Shown here piece after piece: positions 25,290-39,021 of a stretch of 64,000 nt of DNA. Where the stretch lies: the NCBI RefSeq assembly GCF_002105155.1, contig NW_019028996.1, forward strand, positions 124,001 to 188,000, in the 5' to 3' direction. A model generated the notes under the pieces. The model worked only from the letters and a program-made list of their open reading frames with translations. It was not told the DNA's origin and did not search any database. Source of the stretch: Lobosporangium transversale (Eukaryota). The position numbers and the translations under genes are program-made. Numbering within the stretch: position 1 is the stretch's first letter; each line of letters opens with the position of its first letter.

Positions 25290-28200
25290 GAATTAATCTA
25301 TTTGACAACCCTATATATTTATATAATAACATATTATTTTTTTTGCGTGACAACCTGAGCCAAATAGTAAAATATCTGATTTGACAGCCCTGTGCTCGCT
25401 GTTATTTGACAACCCCTTTTTTTTAATTGACAAGGATCCTCAGGGCTGTTATTTGACAATCCACTTCGTCCCCTAATTGTCAATGGTGTTCATTATCACT
25501 TGAAAACCAATAGAATAATGAGTGGTCGGTAAGACATGCGACAATAGTGTGGATAGTGGAAAGTTGTCATGTGACAGGTTGAAAGATAATTTTCCAACCC
25601 AAATAAGCCTGTGTGATTGCTAAATTCTACTCAAAGGGGAGTGTCCTTTTGTCCAGGATAAATGCGGCTTAGAGCTCGCTTTAGAGCTAAAATATTTTAT
25701 TTCCCTGAAAATTTCCTCACCAATAAATATCAAAGTACTATTTCCTCCGCCATTTCTACTAAGTAATCTAGAAAAACCATACCCTCAGTAGTGAAGTTCA
25801 CCAGAACTGCTTCAAAACACCTGAAACCCTCAGAAATGATGTAGAATACACTAATACACATCTCTAGTGCCCTATTTCATGCTTTGAGTAAAAAACTAAT
25901 AAGTTTTAATACTGAGGATGTTTAATGAAGACGCGTTTAGACAAAGATTTGGCAACAGATCACATAGGTTATTATCTAGTTTTTACTTGAAATTGAACAG
26001 AATCTGCAAAAGATTTCCAAAACTCTTCAAACTTTCTAAATAAATAGAGCTATAAACATGGATTAAGGACCGTTGGGTTTCTCTGAGTGTTTGCCATGGG
26101 TAGACAGAGTCATCATATACCCAAATATCAACAGGTCTTCAAAAAATGATGTTTTTTAGCTTTACGCTTATAAAAACTCGATGGATACAAGCCGGATCTC
26201 GCAAAACCAGACCTCATATTATAGCTATGGGCAGTGGCTACCATCAGTAGCGCGAGCTATGGGAAAAAGCGATGTATGAGAGTGCGGTGTATATTCTAAC
26301 ACTGAAAAATACGGATTGAAAGACGGATTAATTTTGATAAAACACAAAATACACCATAAATAAGCATCAGTTCCATTCCTAGCCTTTCAGAATTGGAGAA
26401 CAGCTCCTCCAGGGCCCCATGAAAGTGTCTTTATTATCATTAGCAGACATGGGCTATAATGATATTGGTTCTTTAGTATTAAGCGTCTTTTGATAAAGAC
26501 AGGGTCTTTTTTTTACACAGGGATAGAGCGGTAAACCTTATTCTATTTTTAAATTCTACAAGTGTAAGCTTTTTTTTTTTTTTTTTTTTTAATTCAACGA
26601 CAAACACGACATATCTACGTCCAGTAACGTTGTCTTGGCCGCTTATTCTCAGGTCCCTGTCCCTCTCGCCGGGGAAACACTGCCTCGAAACGCTCTAGTA
26701 CAGCCTACAGGTCCCTTTCAATTTGCTTTCTTTGTGGAAAGTCAGCATTTTTATCCCTGAGTTCTTCTAAGAGCGTCAAACGTTGAATATAAATTGCAAT
26801 ATGGTCAACGTCAGGAGTTGGATTAGCAGAATGCTCCTCCTCAAGAGGCTCAAGCATCCCCGGCTGGAACTTGGACTCATGCTCCCATTGATCAACACGA
26901 AAGAATGTCACTGGATGATATTCTAGCTGAGCCAAAGCGATATGTTTACAACAAGTGTGGTTCATGAAGAAATAGTGACAGGAGCACGACATGATATGCC
27001 CAGTGGGAGATCTTGAAAAGTCAACTTTGATCTCATAAGAAGCCCCTTCGTGGTGAATGACTCCACCAGCAGTGTATCACTTCCCGTTTGCCAAATAAAA
27101 AGACCTTCAAACCCTCTCGAATTTCTAGTCTCTATATGTTCGCGCGCACGCGTAGCGAAGATTTTTGCTCCACATCCTTGTTTAATTCCTGGAGCACGAT
27201 TTCTAGTCTTGCCAGTGACACCTCCTTGAACTCTATCTTTTCTTATGCGCTTCTTGCCAGTACATTGACATTCATAGGAAAGGCGACACTGATTGTCAAC
27301 TTTGTAATCGTATTTTTTTGCCAACACAAAGTTGGTGGAGGTAGGCCTTTGATGCTTCAGGAGCCAAGCATCGAAACGCTCAGGTTGAATGTAGAATTCT
27401 ACTCTCGAGGTGTTCAAAACTTTGAACCGAGATTCAGGTTCAATTTTATAGTGCTTTGCAGATAAAAGAATCTCAGGATCATCACACAAAGCCCCTCTCA
27501 TTTTATCAATAACAATATTATTGAGACCATTTTCAATACGCGTCTTTAAAGGCTACAATTGACGCATAGGTATTCTGTTGAGTTATTACTTTATTATTAT
27601 GCAACGAACTAGACTTTATTGATTGTAGCATTATAGCACTGACCTCAAAATTATGTGCATGACCGACTTGATCATCGTCCTCTTGATCATCGTCCTCTCC
27701 TTCATCGTCATGCTCCCCATCATCCTTGCTGGGGCTCAACGCGCCTAAGGCTTCTCTCTGTAACATAATATTGATTAGATTTCAGCAGATCGTCATCGAT
27801 TCAAAAATTATTCGCGTTAGAAACTTACTATTTCTTCTAGTCCGTTGATCAATATTTTTTCAATTTGATCAGTGGCAAGAACATCGTTGATTGCGACATT
27901 GACAATGTCTACTTGCTCTTGAATTGGGAGGCCGTTGGGTGTGTTCATGGTGAGAAGAATGCGCAAGACAAAGGGATGGAGCAAAATACTGTTTACGGTT
28001 GTGGTTGGAAGAAAAGAGACACTTGTTTATGTGATTATTCCGATATAATAAATAAAAATGCTACGTCACTCTCTTGGAAGCCAAATTGATCGCATACCCA
28101 GCGTCTGGGACAAAAGGGTTCTCCTCAAAGGGTGAATCTATTTGACAACCCCCCTAATTTAGCAGTCACACCGGCTTATTTGGCAACCCAGGTCTTCTTT

Positions 28201-28750
28201 TTTGTTATTTGACAACCCGGGTTGTCAAGAAAAGAAGAAAAATTGTCTTTTTCAACCTGTCACATGACAAGTCTTCACCCTCTTGCACTTATGGAGGGCC
28301 TTTCTCAGCTGGATTTCTAAAATGGTGGCAACACTCCATTATCATGACTGTGGTTATAGCTTCTTCTGTCTCTCTTTTTTTCCTTTCCGCGTCTTACGCA
28401 TGCGCCATCAAGCGTCGCATAACCACTCCGAATTTATGCATGCTTATATATCCAAAAACCCCTTAGTGCATGTTACCCGTATAGGCACATTTTCTATAAA
28501 AGCAAACCCTTGTTTTAGAAATCAGTTGTAATAAAAAACAACACCTCGTAACCAAAAAAAAAAGTTTGTTATTTGATGGAAGCTTTTAGATTGCTGGAGG
28601 GATTTCGTGTTGCTGAGAGATAGCAATAGAAACGATTTTCACATAATAATCTTGCCAATAAAAAAAGGGTTGTCAAATAACAGTGAGCTTGGGGTTGTCA
28701 AATTAGATATTTTACTATTGGCAACCCGGGTTGTCAAATAGATTAATTCC
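25290..28750 (-). mobile_element. Mutator-like (MULE) DNA transposon, internally deleted, with long imperfect TIRs
   Basis: Left end GAATTAATCTATTTGACAACCC and right end GGGTTGTCAAATAGATTAATTCC; inverted similarity continues ~100-150 bp with repeated TATTTGACAACC motifs; internal transposase relic. No clean TSD seen. Confidence 0.85.
26614..27900 (-). pseudogene. MULE transposase relic: FAR1/WRKY-GCM1-like DNA-binding region joined to SWIM zinc finger; catalytic DDE domain absent
   Basis: YECQCTGK...GIKQGCGAKIF followed within ~150 nt by SWIM CSCHYFFMNHTCCKHIAL; frameshifts and stops present. Confidence 0.75.
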
Positions 28751-28846
28751 TACTCAAAAATATTTGGTTCTCTAAAATAAATCATGTGAGCAGATTTGGC
28801 CAATCTTTGTGCAAATGATCGCTTTAATCGACAAACAGCTCCCATT

Positions 28847-29687
28847 ATGGCATCATAGAAACGAGCTGTCACACTCGACTCCAGCGCCAATTTTTTCCAG
28901 CGAGGAAAGAAACCGACGACAGCGCAGAGAGCTGTAGCTGCCAAAAAGACAACGGCTTCCACGACTGCCCTGCAGTTAGAACGAGAAACAGTACCAACAT
29001 CAGGAAAAGCTCCCAAGGAATTGACCAAACAAGAAGAGGATGGCTACAGTGATGAATTAGACTACTCAGCTGAGGAATCAGTTTCGGATCACTGTGATCA
29101 AGAGGACCACGGCGAAGACGGGTATGGGGACGCGCATGCTCAAGATAAGAATTCTATTATTTTGGGTATCTCGGAACCAAAGAACGTAGACGTAAACGCA
29201 ATTGCATCCGTCGAAGATATCAAAAATTCAAGGGTTATCGCGAAGAGGAGTGTAAAGACAGCATCCAAGGAGAGTGCCTGTGTAGTTCCATACGTAGGCG
29301 ACATCCATTCTGGGTGTAAGTTTTTTTCCCTGGGTTTTATTGATCTATATCTTTTGTTGATTCGTTGCTGCTCGTTGTTATAGTCTCGCTATTATTGTTT
29401 CTGGAGCCATTAGTTCATCAAGCTGATATCTCAGAAGAAGAGAAGAAACTTCGCCAGTTTGACCTTACCTCCAAGTATGGTCCTTGCACAGAATTGACGC
29501 GCGTTTGAATTGGTAAATAATAATAATAATCACAACAATTTCACGATGGGTACAAACTTTGACTTAACAATGTACTTTTGCTCCATTATTTGTCAACCAA
29601 TAGACGTTACAACCTCCACAGGCTATCAAGGATATGACTATCGCGCATATTTATCTGAATATCCCAGTCTATGAAGGACGTGTTTAA
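28847..29687 (+). pseudogene. POLD4: DNA polymerase delta subunit 4 (POLD4/Cdm1) homolog, apparently disabled
   Basis: Exon2 encodes EEEKKLRQFDLTSKYGPCTELTR (POLD4 signature), last exon LQPPQAIKD; TAG at codon 4 (28856-28858); the expected LERWERA segment is missing, with a frameshift/stop at ~29505. Confidence 0.75.
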
Positions 29688-30210
29688 AAGCCTACAGCTG
29701 TTCTATCTTGTTATTTATTAGTATTGTAGTATTATATTTATTGTTATTATCTTTACTATAGTCGGCTTCATCAATAAACACTCAATTTGCATGGCCCATT
29801 TCTGTCAATTATAACAATTTTCACAGACGTCATATCTGAGCCCTTCTGTTTCCAGGGATTTGGAGTATTTGGTAAGAATTTCCTATATGGGGCCATGATT
29901 TTACCCTCATGTCCTCAACTTACGGCTTGTTGTATCGCACCGGTTGTAGCAGGCCATCGAAGGAATGCTCACAATCCAGGCTCTATGTTTACGAAGTGCA
30001 GATCAGGCGTTTCTACTGTTCCATTACTGAACTTTCAATGAGACGTTTTCGCTGTTGAGAACAATTGATGTGTGGCTACCCTACAATAAAAATGTAGCAA
30101 TTTTACGTCACACAAATCGAGGTAAGAAGTTCCGTCCTTCCTTTCCTCCATTAACCTGCTTATAATTCCTTGAATTTTTTGTTTTCCACCAGACCACCCC
30201 AACTGGCACC

Positions 30211-32547
30211 ATGACTGATCCAAATCAGCAACAGACTCCTGGCGTGTACTCCCCATTAGTCCAAAACAGGCGTCAGCAAACCTCCAACGCCTACAGAGAG
30301 CAGCAGCACCAAAACCACGTCCAATTCATTTCGTCTACTCCACTACCTAACCCGCGTCGGCTCTTTCCTGACGCCTCACGAGCAAAGCGTACTTTTCATC
30401 CTACCAATAGTGGTCCAACTTCATATGGAGCTATCAATGATAATTCCATGCGGATCAATACTGCAAGCGCCAATGCTGCAGCAATGCAGGCTGGCTTTAT
30501 TAGTCCGGGTCCAACGACTCCGAAGCAAAAGCAAGTACCTCTTCGTACCACTAAAGTATCTCAAAAACTGGTAATGCTACCGGAGGATCAGGAGGATGAT
30601 GAGACGGGGTATGAAGAAAACCCTTTTGATGACTCGCTAGATCCTTTCCGTGACGAGCCTAACTACTGGATCAAGAGAAGAGGACTTCACGGACGAGCCC
30701 CAACTCGCTCAGAGCTATTGACTAAGGAACAGAGATCTGCTAGGGGTCTCGCCAGGTAAATATGGTGAAGGACATCATTTATTTTAATAACGACCTCAAA
30801 AGGCTTTATTCCATGCAATATCAATTCATCCGCCAACATCAAGCTGAATGATTCTGTCTAACAATTCATGTTTCACTGGATGATACATCATAGGGTAGTT
30901 GCCTACTGCACTGCAGAAGGGTATGATATTAAAAGACTTACAACATTTTTAAGGGAAAAACATGCGGTCCAGCCCCGACTGTATGATGAGGCACTCTATG
31001 CTGCCTATCACTTCCCTCTTGTTCCAGGGAAAACAACCAAATATATGGCGGGACCGCCAGTTCGATCTCCTGGCGGCGGCTCTGTTTTAGACAAGCAGTT
31101 GGAGCAGTACGAAGAGAATACAGGAGATGCTTATTCTAGGTCACTTGAGCATGCCAAAGAGTTGGCGGAGGAAGGATATCGCCAGCATCTCAAGACACAA
31201 GGAGATGGGATCAGATCTGGTAACAATTCCATCAACAGCAAAAAACTAAAGAACAGACGTCAAACTGCCAGCCGGCCAAATGAACAAAATGAAGATGTCG
31301 GCTTGAGCACATCAAGACATGAGACTGGACCATCTGACCAGAGTACTAGCACAGCGCTTGAACAACAAGATTATTTCACTGATACGGTAGAGGATCAGAC
31401 TACCACTCTCAAGTCTCCTACAGATCTACAGCCTGACACTGCCGATTTAGCTCTTACATCAAGCCAAAATCATGCTGTGGCTCCATTTATGGGTGGGGAA
31501 GTATTTTTCTTTGACTATGGGGTCACTGTTTTCTGGAATATGACTTTGGAGCAAGAAGCATGGATCATGGACGATCTCGCACAATTTGAAATAAAGCGAT
31601 TGCTGCCTGAAGATGTTCAGACAGAAGAGTTTCACTTCGAGTACGCAGGATATTCAGCGCCACGTATCTACAATGACATGTAAGCAATTTTTTTTAATAA
31701 TTGAACGACAGATGAGCGAGGATCAATATCTTGACTAGAGTGCCTGTCATGTCTAATGGCATCGCGCGTTTTGTTCGTGTGTCTTTTTATTCTTTTTCCG
31801 CCATTTAAGGATCACGTTGCGTGGAGGAAACCACATGATCAAGCTGACAATATCCCACGCCATTTCACAGTCTGTCAAATTGGCGCTCTATGAATGTCAA
31901 ATGGACGATACCATTGATGATACCAAGATCATCCCTATCCAGCTGGCGCAAACAGGGAAACTGAACTATTCTAGGCCTCAAATCACTAGGATCTCGGGAC
32001 ATCTTTTCCAACTGCGCATGAATGTCGACCTTGTGTCCAATGTGCTTGGTATGATTATTAGGCTTTGTTCTAGAAGTCATTGGCTCTTCATAAGGAGTTG
32101 AGCCAATTACATTGAAATCAAGCGGTACCTTGGTACTGAACATCCCAATGCCTTTTTTTTAAATTAGATACGCCTGAGATTTTCTGGTCAGAACCAGAAC
32201 TTCAGCCACTATATAATGCCATCCGTGGATATCTCGAAATTGGACAGCGCGCCAAGGTGTTGAGTGACCGATGCCTGGTGATTTCAGACTTGTTAACAAT
32301 GCTGCGCGATGATTTGGCATCGAACAATATGAACTACAATACCTGGATCGTTATCATCCTCATTGTCATTGCCGTGATTGTTGCTGCAGGTAAGCATACA
32401 TTTCTGCGACAAATATCAGGTATTTAAATATGATGGATATTCAAGCTCATTTATCGTTTTTGATGAAAAAAAAAAAAAAAAAAAAAAATGCTCTACATAG
32501 GTGAGATTGTTGTCAAGTACTTGAAAGCAGACTCATTCTTTAAATAA
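30211..32547 (+). CDS. RMD1/RMD8/Sif2 (DUF155) family protein, probably RMD8-like, 5 exons
   Basis: RTTKVSQKLVMLPE, RVVAYCTAEGY, PRLYDEALY, EVFFFDYGVTVFWN, PRIYNDM, KLTISHAISQSVKL, PEIFWSEPELQPLY, C-terminal TM WIVIILIVIAV; stop 32545-32547. Confidence 0.88.
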
Positions 32548-32997
32548 GATAAAATTGCTTTTTTCCCCTCCACAATAAATATTTTCGCTGCCAGTGGAAC
32601 GAGTTGGAAGAAGTGGGATTTGTGCATTGAATCAGTGATGACAAGCACAGCGCGCAATTAAACAAACAAAAGGTGGGTAGAGTATTTTGTATATCTATGA
32701 GCCTTTCCCATAAAATTCTGCCTCTTTTTGGTTTATTGAGCAATCGAAATATAATATCATTTCCTTTTATTCATTATGGGTGGAATGAAAATATGAGGAA
32801 TTCAAACACAAGCCTCATATTTATTTGAAGGTTGATTATCGAAACCTATTTATTTTTTATGATATAATACAATGATGGAGTAGTATTTCTGGTGAAACAA
32901 ATATATAGAAAGGTATAAAGGTAGATGCACAATAGCACACAAAAAAAGCAGATGAGAGTAACCGATGATGTTGGGGGGAAAAAAGGGAAAGCATTTC

Positions 32998-34680
32998 TTA
33001 TTGAGAGTGCATAATACCAGCTCGAAGACGCTGTTCCTCTGTTACAGGCGCATACCAATCATGGATCCAGCAGGAAGCAGCACCTTCGGCTGACCAGCGA
33101 TCCGTCATCTCACTAAGAATCATGTGCCCGATCATGGCAATCTCTTTCTCGTAAATGTCCTTAGTTAGTCCCTGGAATTGATGCTCATAAGTGAAAAAGT
33201 TGGTTGTGAACTTGAGCGTCTCAAGGTTGGGGAAAAGCTTAAGTAATGCGCCGAAACCAGGCAGAGTCAGCGGACTCGAGGTATACTTTGTTAATGCTAG
33301 GTGTCGTACTGAATCGCCAGGAAGTGGTCGTGAAACGGCTGATAATGATAATAACAATGATGTGGATTGAGGTTGACCTTCAGTGATATTGGTTAGTGAG
33401 GCATGATGAGCAAAGGGATGATCGGGGATATTATTAAGATCGGTTGGAGCTGATGGGCAAAGTGCTGACATGGATAGAAGTTTCAGCTGCTTGACACGTT
33501 GTACCATTTCACGGATATTCTCGTTCGAGATACAGTCCAGATCTAGAAGTTCCAGTGACTCAACTTTCCCGCACTCAAGTAAGGACCAGAATCCTTCCAG
33601 GCTGACTTCTTTGATACCCAATGTTGGAGATTGATATGGGGCAAGTGTCACAGATCTAAAATCCTCCCAGCCAGTCATCATCCTGCGCAAGACTGTGTCT
33701 GAAATAGCATGCTGTCCTCGGAAGCTCCGAATCTGTGGGCATGCTGCAGTAATGGCGCTGACGACCTCTGGCGCTACAAATCCTCCATCTCTGTTGCCAT
33801 CGTATAACAGGTGCTCCAGACAGCGCCCATAACGGACGATACAAAAGATAAGCTCAGTCATCTCAAGATCTAAAAAATTGTCCTGGATTTCAAGGCACCT
33901 GATCGACCCTTGACTCTGCTCCATTAATGCAACCAATGCACGGGAAAAATCTTGATGAAGGGTGAAACCAAGCTTGTGATACTCCTCTCGTCGGCGTGGT
34001 AACGTGAAAGAAGTGATACGTGTGTAGAGCAAATGCATGCCTGGCTGATGAGGAAAGTGATGCATCATGGCAGTGTTCTGGACAGGAACTGTGGTCTTGG
34101 AGATAAAGGAGGAATAGCAGTTGGCGATACGAAGTGAGCGAATCCGCGGAGTAAGCCGAGTGAGCTGTTGCATACAGAGCACCAAGGTGTTGAACTCCAT
34201 ATGGTCAAGTATGAGGTGAGTGTAGAGAGAAGGGTCCGCCAAGATGCGGCGCCATGCACGACAGATACTGTTGAAGAGAGAGCAGCGTTTGATTTATGTG
34301 TTTAAATTGGATTAGAATACTCTCTTTCTGAACTCATTACAAATATAAAGGTATGGCTGTAGCTTCAGTCTCCATTTCAAAAAGGGAGAGGATATGTAGT
34401 GAAGATCGATCCAGGCTCAGGTAAACATCCATGACTCTGGAATAACGGGGAAATGCGGATATGTAAGTTCGATATAGATTCTTGATGTGAAAAAGATTAA
34501 GAAATAGTTCGAAGGATATAGAAGGGTGAGAGAATAATACCTGGATGCTCTGAACTTCTCTTCAAGTGGGAGGTGAGTAAAAATGTCTAGCCAAATACTT
34601 TCAGGAATAACTGGTAACTTGGGCTTTGCTCCAAAGGTTGGAAGTGTGGTGTGCGTATCCATCTGGAAGATGTCGGTCAT
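32998..34680 (-). CDS. F-box protein with LRR-like C-terminal region, 2 exons
   Basis: Exon1 LPVIPESIWLDIFTHLPLEEKFRAS spliced to exon2 (from 34267) ICRAWRRILADPSLYTHLIL forms an F-box motif; followed by Leu-rich repeats (CLEHL, CPQIRSF, FPNLETL). Confidence 0.8.
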
Positions 34681-34698
34681 GTTTTGGTTGCTTGTTTC

Positions 34699-34730
<32 letters not shown>

Positions 34731-37638
34731 ACGAAGGTACCTATGCTTTTTTTTTCTGTGCCTGGACACCCACTCACAAAAAATAAAGAGAGAGTAAGGA
34801 ACAAGCGAAAGAAGAGTGTTATAGTTGTTATAAGATTGAGAGTGATAATGGGAGTGAGAGCAAGAGTGAGAGTGAGAGCGAAATGAGAATGATAAAAAAA
34901 AGGAAGCCAAGACGTAGTCGGTGTATTTATATGACCTAAATGACCACAAGCCGAGAGCGAATGTCTCGGATGCACAGAGGAAAAGAAAAAAGAGGGGCGA
35001 AGACAAAAAAAGCGAGACAGGTGAAAAACCTTGATGTCTGTATAACATGCCCAAGTCTCCACCGGTCTAAAAGTTGAAAGATTAAAACCTTGTCTTGCAC
35101 TCACGTAACTTCTACTGCTTATGTTCTTGTATGTTAATTTATGATCTCTCAGCCTTTGATCTTATGCTCTCTTGACCATCCAGAAGACAAGAGAATTATG
35201 AGTCTTGTTACAGAAAAGCTGAATTATTTGATACATCTCCACTGAATAGTTGTTCCCTTTCTTTTCCTCCTTACGGTCAATTGACACCACACCTTCTACC
35301 TTTGGAAAAGTGGAGTTTAATTTACCAAATGGAGTGACAACAAATGGTTGAATGATGCCATGTCCTTTGTAGCCCCACAGTGCTAGTATATCTTGGGAGC
35401 GCCACCGCATGCCTTACCATTTCTCGCTATCAACCTTTGGATGTCTTTCTGGCCTTAATCGATACGTACTGCTTATAGACACATAATATATTTTCAATAT
35501 GCCTGTTAATAAGTACCCATACATGTTTTCGATCTTTAATAAATCTTTGCAACAATGTCAATGGGACGACTATCTCAATAACCTGCTCAGTTGCTATTCG
35601 ACAGCTGCTATGGAATAGCATACCAAATTCCAGGACTCCTATCTCCTCTCACAAAACCGAATGTTTAACTACTATGTGAATGTCAAGGAACGACATGCTA
35701 GTACCATTATTCTTATTTTGTTACATGGCAACGTATTCTTCTTTGAGGTGATAGCCTGTCATTGTCTTGGAATAGAACTTCTTATTTATCCATCCCTAAT
35801 AGCCAAACCAATGTCGAGCTCTGTTCTCACTAATTTTATAATTCAAAAAAACTCTGTAGCTGTCAAACAAGCCGCTTCGCGACAGACGCGAAACGCGTCA
35901 TTACTCAGGCGAAGACAACAACTGCAAATAGAAATACCAAAGGCTTCAAATAGAGCAAAACATTTTAAAATCAGGAGCAGCTTCATTTTCTTAGATATTC
36001 AGGGACTGGCTAAAAGTAAGGAAGGAGACCACATCTGTTTACATGGACCCTTAATTTTGAGATGCGCGTTTGGCATTTCTCAGGACAGTGGCGTCTATTT
36101 TTACAAAGTATAAGGAAAGTTTCTTAGATTCAGCAGGCTATCTATTATTGTTATTGCCCGATCACTCCCTCTTGATCATCATTTCTGCCTACCAGAGCCT
36201 ACCCGTTTCGCAAGCTCCATCTGCGTCTAACCTCTAAAACTAGCCCTTCTTTCCTACCTTTGTCCTTCTCCTTATAGGGTAAAATCAGTATTAGAGTGTT
36301 CCACACTTCATTACCCTATTGTGGTGACATGATGTATAATACGGGCATGCTATACTATTGCATGGGTTTAAGAACATTTGGCATTGCATTGCCGCCTAAG
36401 GAAGGCAATAAGGAAGCCTAAAAAGCGCTCCTTGTTAAGGGTCCGTATAGTAACAACCTGTATGCCTATTCAAACTATTCTGATCCGGCTCTCCACTTTG
36501 GCTCCTACAGCTGCAATAAGAATCTTTCTGAACAGCGCGGCACTATCATAAAAGATATGAGCAAATCCTAGCTGTGCACTTAACTTGCAATACATCTGGT
36601 CATCAAAATAAAAGACATGCTACATCCACTTTGAGTTGAGAGTGTTCCAAGCTTGTTTCCAAAGTATCCAGGTTAGTTCTAATAATGATCGTTATACTGG
36701 GTTTTATTACTTGTGAGGGTGTTGACTTCGTCTTCTCCGTCTTCTGTTCACATTCCTGTACCTCTTACTCACCCGGGGCCTCTTCATCGCTCTCAGTAAC
36801 CAAGCGCAGGATCTCTCGCATCTTATGCCTTAATATCGAAGGAGCTTAGATATACCCAAATAAGGGCGACAGCAGTCGAACAGTCGGCTTAGCAGCAACG
36901 GCATTGTCAGCACCAGATGCTATTTATAACAAGTTGTGGTGTCTAGCAATGTCTTCCTATTAATCATGTAAATCCAGCCATGTCATTTCATTGGCTGTGG
37001 CGCGTTGCACCATTAGTTTAATTTTTTTTTTTTTTCTGTCACACCTTTTCTTTTCACATCGGAATCCTGGCTTGTTTCACATTCCTCTCCATCTCTTCAT
37101 GGTTTTCTGTCGATCGTTCAACATCAATTGCATTCAATCACCTGCACGTATTTCTTTTTGATCGTTTTAATCACCGCCGTTGTTGTCCTTACTATTTCTA
37201 TTATTACTACCATTACTATTTGCATTGCCCTGCCTTGCAGCATCTGGTGTTAAGTGCTTTTCTCTCCTATGACTTCTATTCTTGCAGCCGACTCGTAAAT
37301 ATATTCTGAGAGACGACAGATATACGCGTCGTGCCTCTCCTTTTACTTCTCCACATATACCACACATTGATCAGCAGCACGCCCCACTTTTACACCTCTT
37401 ACTGATCTCATTTCTCTCCTATCAATCTTCATCTATCCATTGCTTTTGAATTTTTTAGTCCTTCAATTCTATCCTATTCTTTGTTTCCTACTTATTTTTT
37501 TATTCTTGCTTTTGACCTTAATTCTGTCTTCACAAAACACTTCATTATTCTCTACCCCTGTTAATTATTTGATATACGCCTTCTGTCATCCAATATACAC
37601 ATTCTCTTTCAGCTCTACACTCCTACAAACATTTACTC

Positions 37639-39021
37639 ATGTCACTCTATAGACCCCACCCCCACTTTCCTATACACTCAACCTGCGACAACGCGTCCTC
37701 TCCCTCGTTCTCCCCCATATCCCCATTCTTTGAAAGCGACTACGAGGCCAGTTCGGACTTGTCTTTTACACCTTTATCCACACCACCTTCATCGCCGTCA
37801 ATGGATTGTCGCCGTCAAACTCTGTTCAGGCTCCTTCCAGCATGTTCAATACCCTCGAGAATCAAACGAGGTGCGTGGATCAGCCTTACACTTGAGGTCG
37901 TAGGTGAATTTGGCAAATTTCAATATGGTGGGAATCAAAGTTCGCCGTTTAGGATCAATGAAGGACAGTCGCTCATGCCGCTTGAGTGCTGTCTGCTCTA
38001 CGAATCCAAGGGGCAGATAATAAACCAATTTGCACAGAGCCATGTTCTGCTCGAGAAGCGTGCATTACAATCTGCAAACTGGCTAGGGATGGAGGATCTG
38101 TCAGGCCCAGGAATTGGGCCAGCGGGTCGAGGAGGATTAGAAGTACGGGTAGTACCTCGAAGGGAGTGTCCAGAACCGTTTTGGATCAGCGTTGGCTGTA
38201 AAGATGATCAAGGGTTAATGCCTCTAGTCCTTGGTCCTTTCAACTACACCGCTGGGAGCTTTCAAAGTTACGATTCGAATCGTGTCTTACGCCCTATTAG
38301 TATCCCACAAGGAAATGGCTCAAATCCTCGGATTATGCTGCTTGAAGAGACATGGAATAATGTTCCTCAGGGTCGTGTTTGGGACTCTGCCTTCATTTTG
38401 AAGGACATATTTACAAAACAGGTACAAGATAGGCTCGAGGGTTCTAGGCCCCCCATATTTGCCGGGAAACGAATTTTGGATCTCAGTGCAGGCACTGGTC
38501 TGTTAGGCGTCTTTCTAGCAGGTTTGGCCCAGGTTGAAATGGATCTCTTACTTCTACGCGGTAGACCCAATGCTACCAACCGTGATGGCATTACCAACAG
38601 CAGTACTACCCATATATCAAACGCGCCACCATCGACGACGGTGGTCCTAACTGATCTAGAGGATGCCATGGAACTTATCCAACGTAACATCGCATCGAAT
38701 AAGCGTAGAATAGCGCCTAATGTCAGTATAGAAGCGAAGCCGCTCATCTGGGGCTCCTCCCCACTGACACGCCTTAAAGCCGATCCTTTTGACGTTGTGA
38801 TTGCGTCGGATGTTGTATACCAAGTAGATAGTTTCAACTCCCTTCTAGAAACGCTTTACGACCTCTGTACGCCTGGACACACAACGCTTTACCTTGGCTA
38901 CAAATGGCGCGCATTGGACATTGACATGGAACGGCAGTTCTTTGAGAAGTTGAGCGCCATGTTTAGCGTTGAGAAATCGTTGCACGATCTAGAAGTCCAG
39001 GTGTGGTGCCTTAAACGATAA
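37639..39021 (+). CDS. SAM-dependent protein-lysine methyltransferase-like protein (METTL21/Methyltransf_16 family) with N-terminal extension
   Basis: GRVWDSA, motif I ILDLSAGTGLLG, VVLTDL, LIWG, DVVIASDVVY; single 460-aa ORF. Confidence 0.85.
   Translation: MSLYRPHPHFPIHSTCDNASSPSFSPISPFFESDYEASSDLSFTPLSTPPSSPSMDCRRQTLFRLLPACSIPSRIKRGAWISLTLEVVGEFGKFQYGGNQSSPFRINEGQSLMPLECCLLYESKGQIINQFAQSHVLLEKRALQSANWLGMEDLSGPGIGPAGRGGLEVRVVPRRECPEPFWISVGCKDDQGLMPLVLGPFNYTAGSFQSYDSNRVLRPISIPQGNGSNPRIMLLEETWNNVPQGRVWDSAFILKDIFTKQVQDRLEGSRPPIFAGKRILDLSAGTGLLGVFLAGLAQVEMDLLLLRGRPNATNRDGITNSSTTHISNAPPSTTVVLTDLEDAMELIQRNIASNKRRIAPNVSIEAKPLIWGSSPLTRLKADPFDVVIASDVVYQVDSFNSLLETLYDLCTPGHTTLYLGYKWRALDIDMERQFFEKLSAMFSVEKSLHDLEVQVWCLKR

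Noticed and set aside
34583..36113. Several 60-150 aa ORFs upstream of the F-box gene
   Set aside because: Built from homopolymer or low-complexity UTR sequence, or lacking recognisable motifs; likely spurious.
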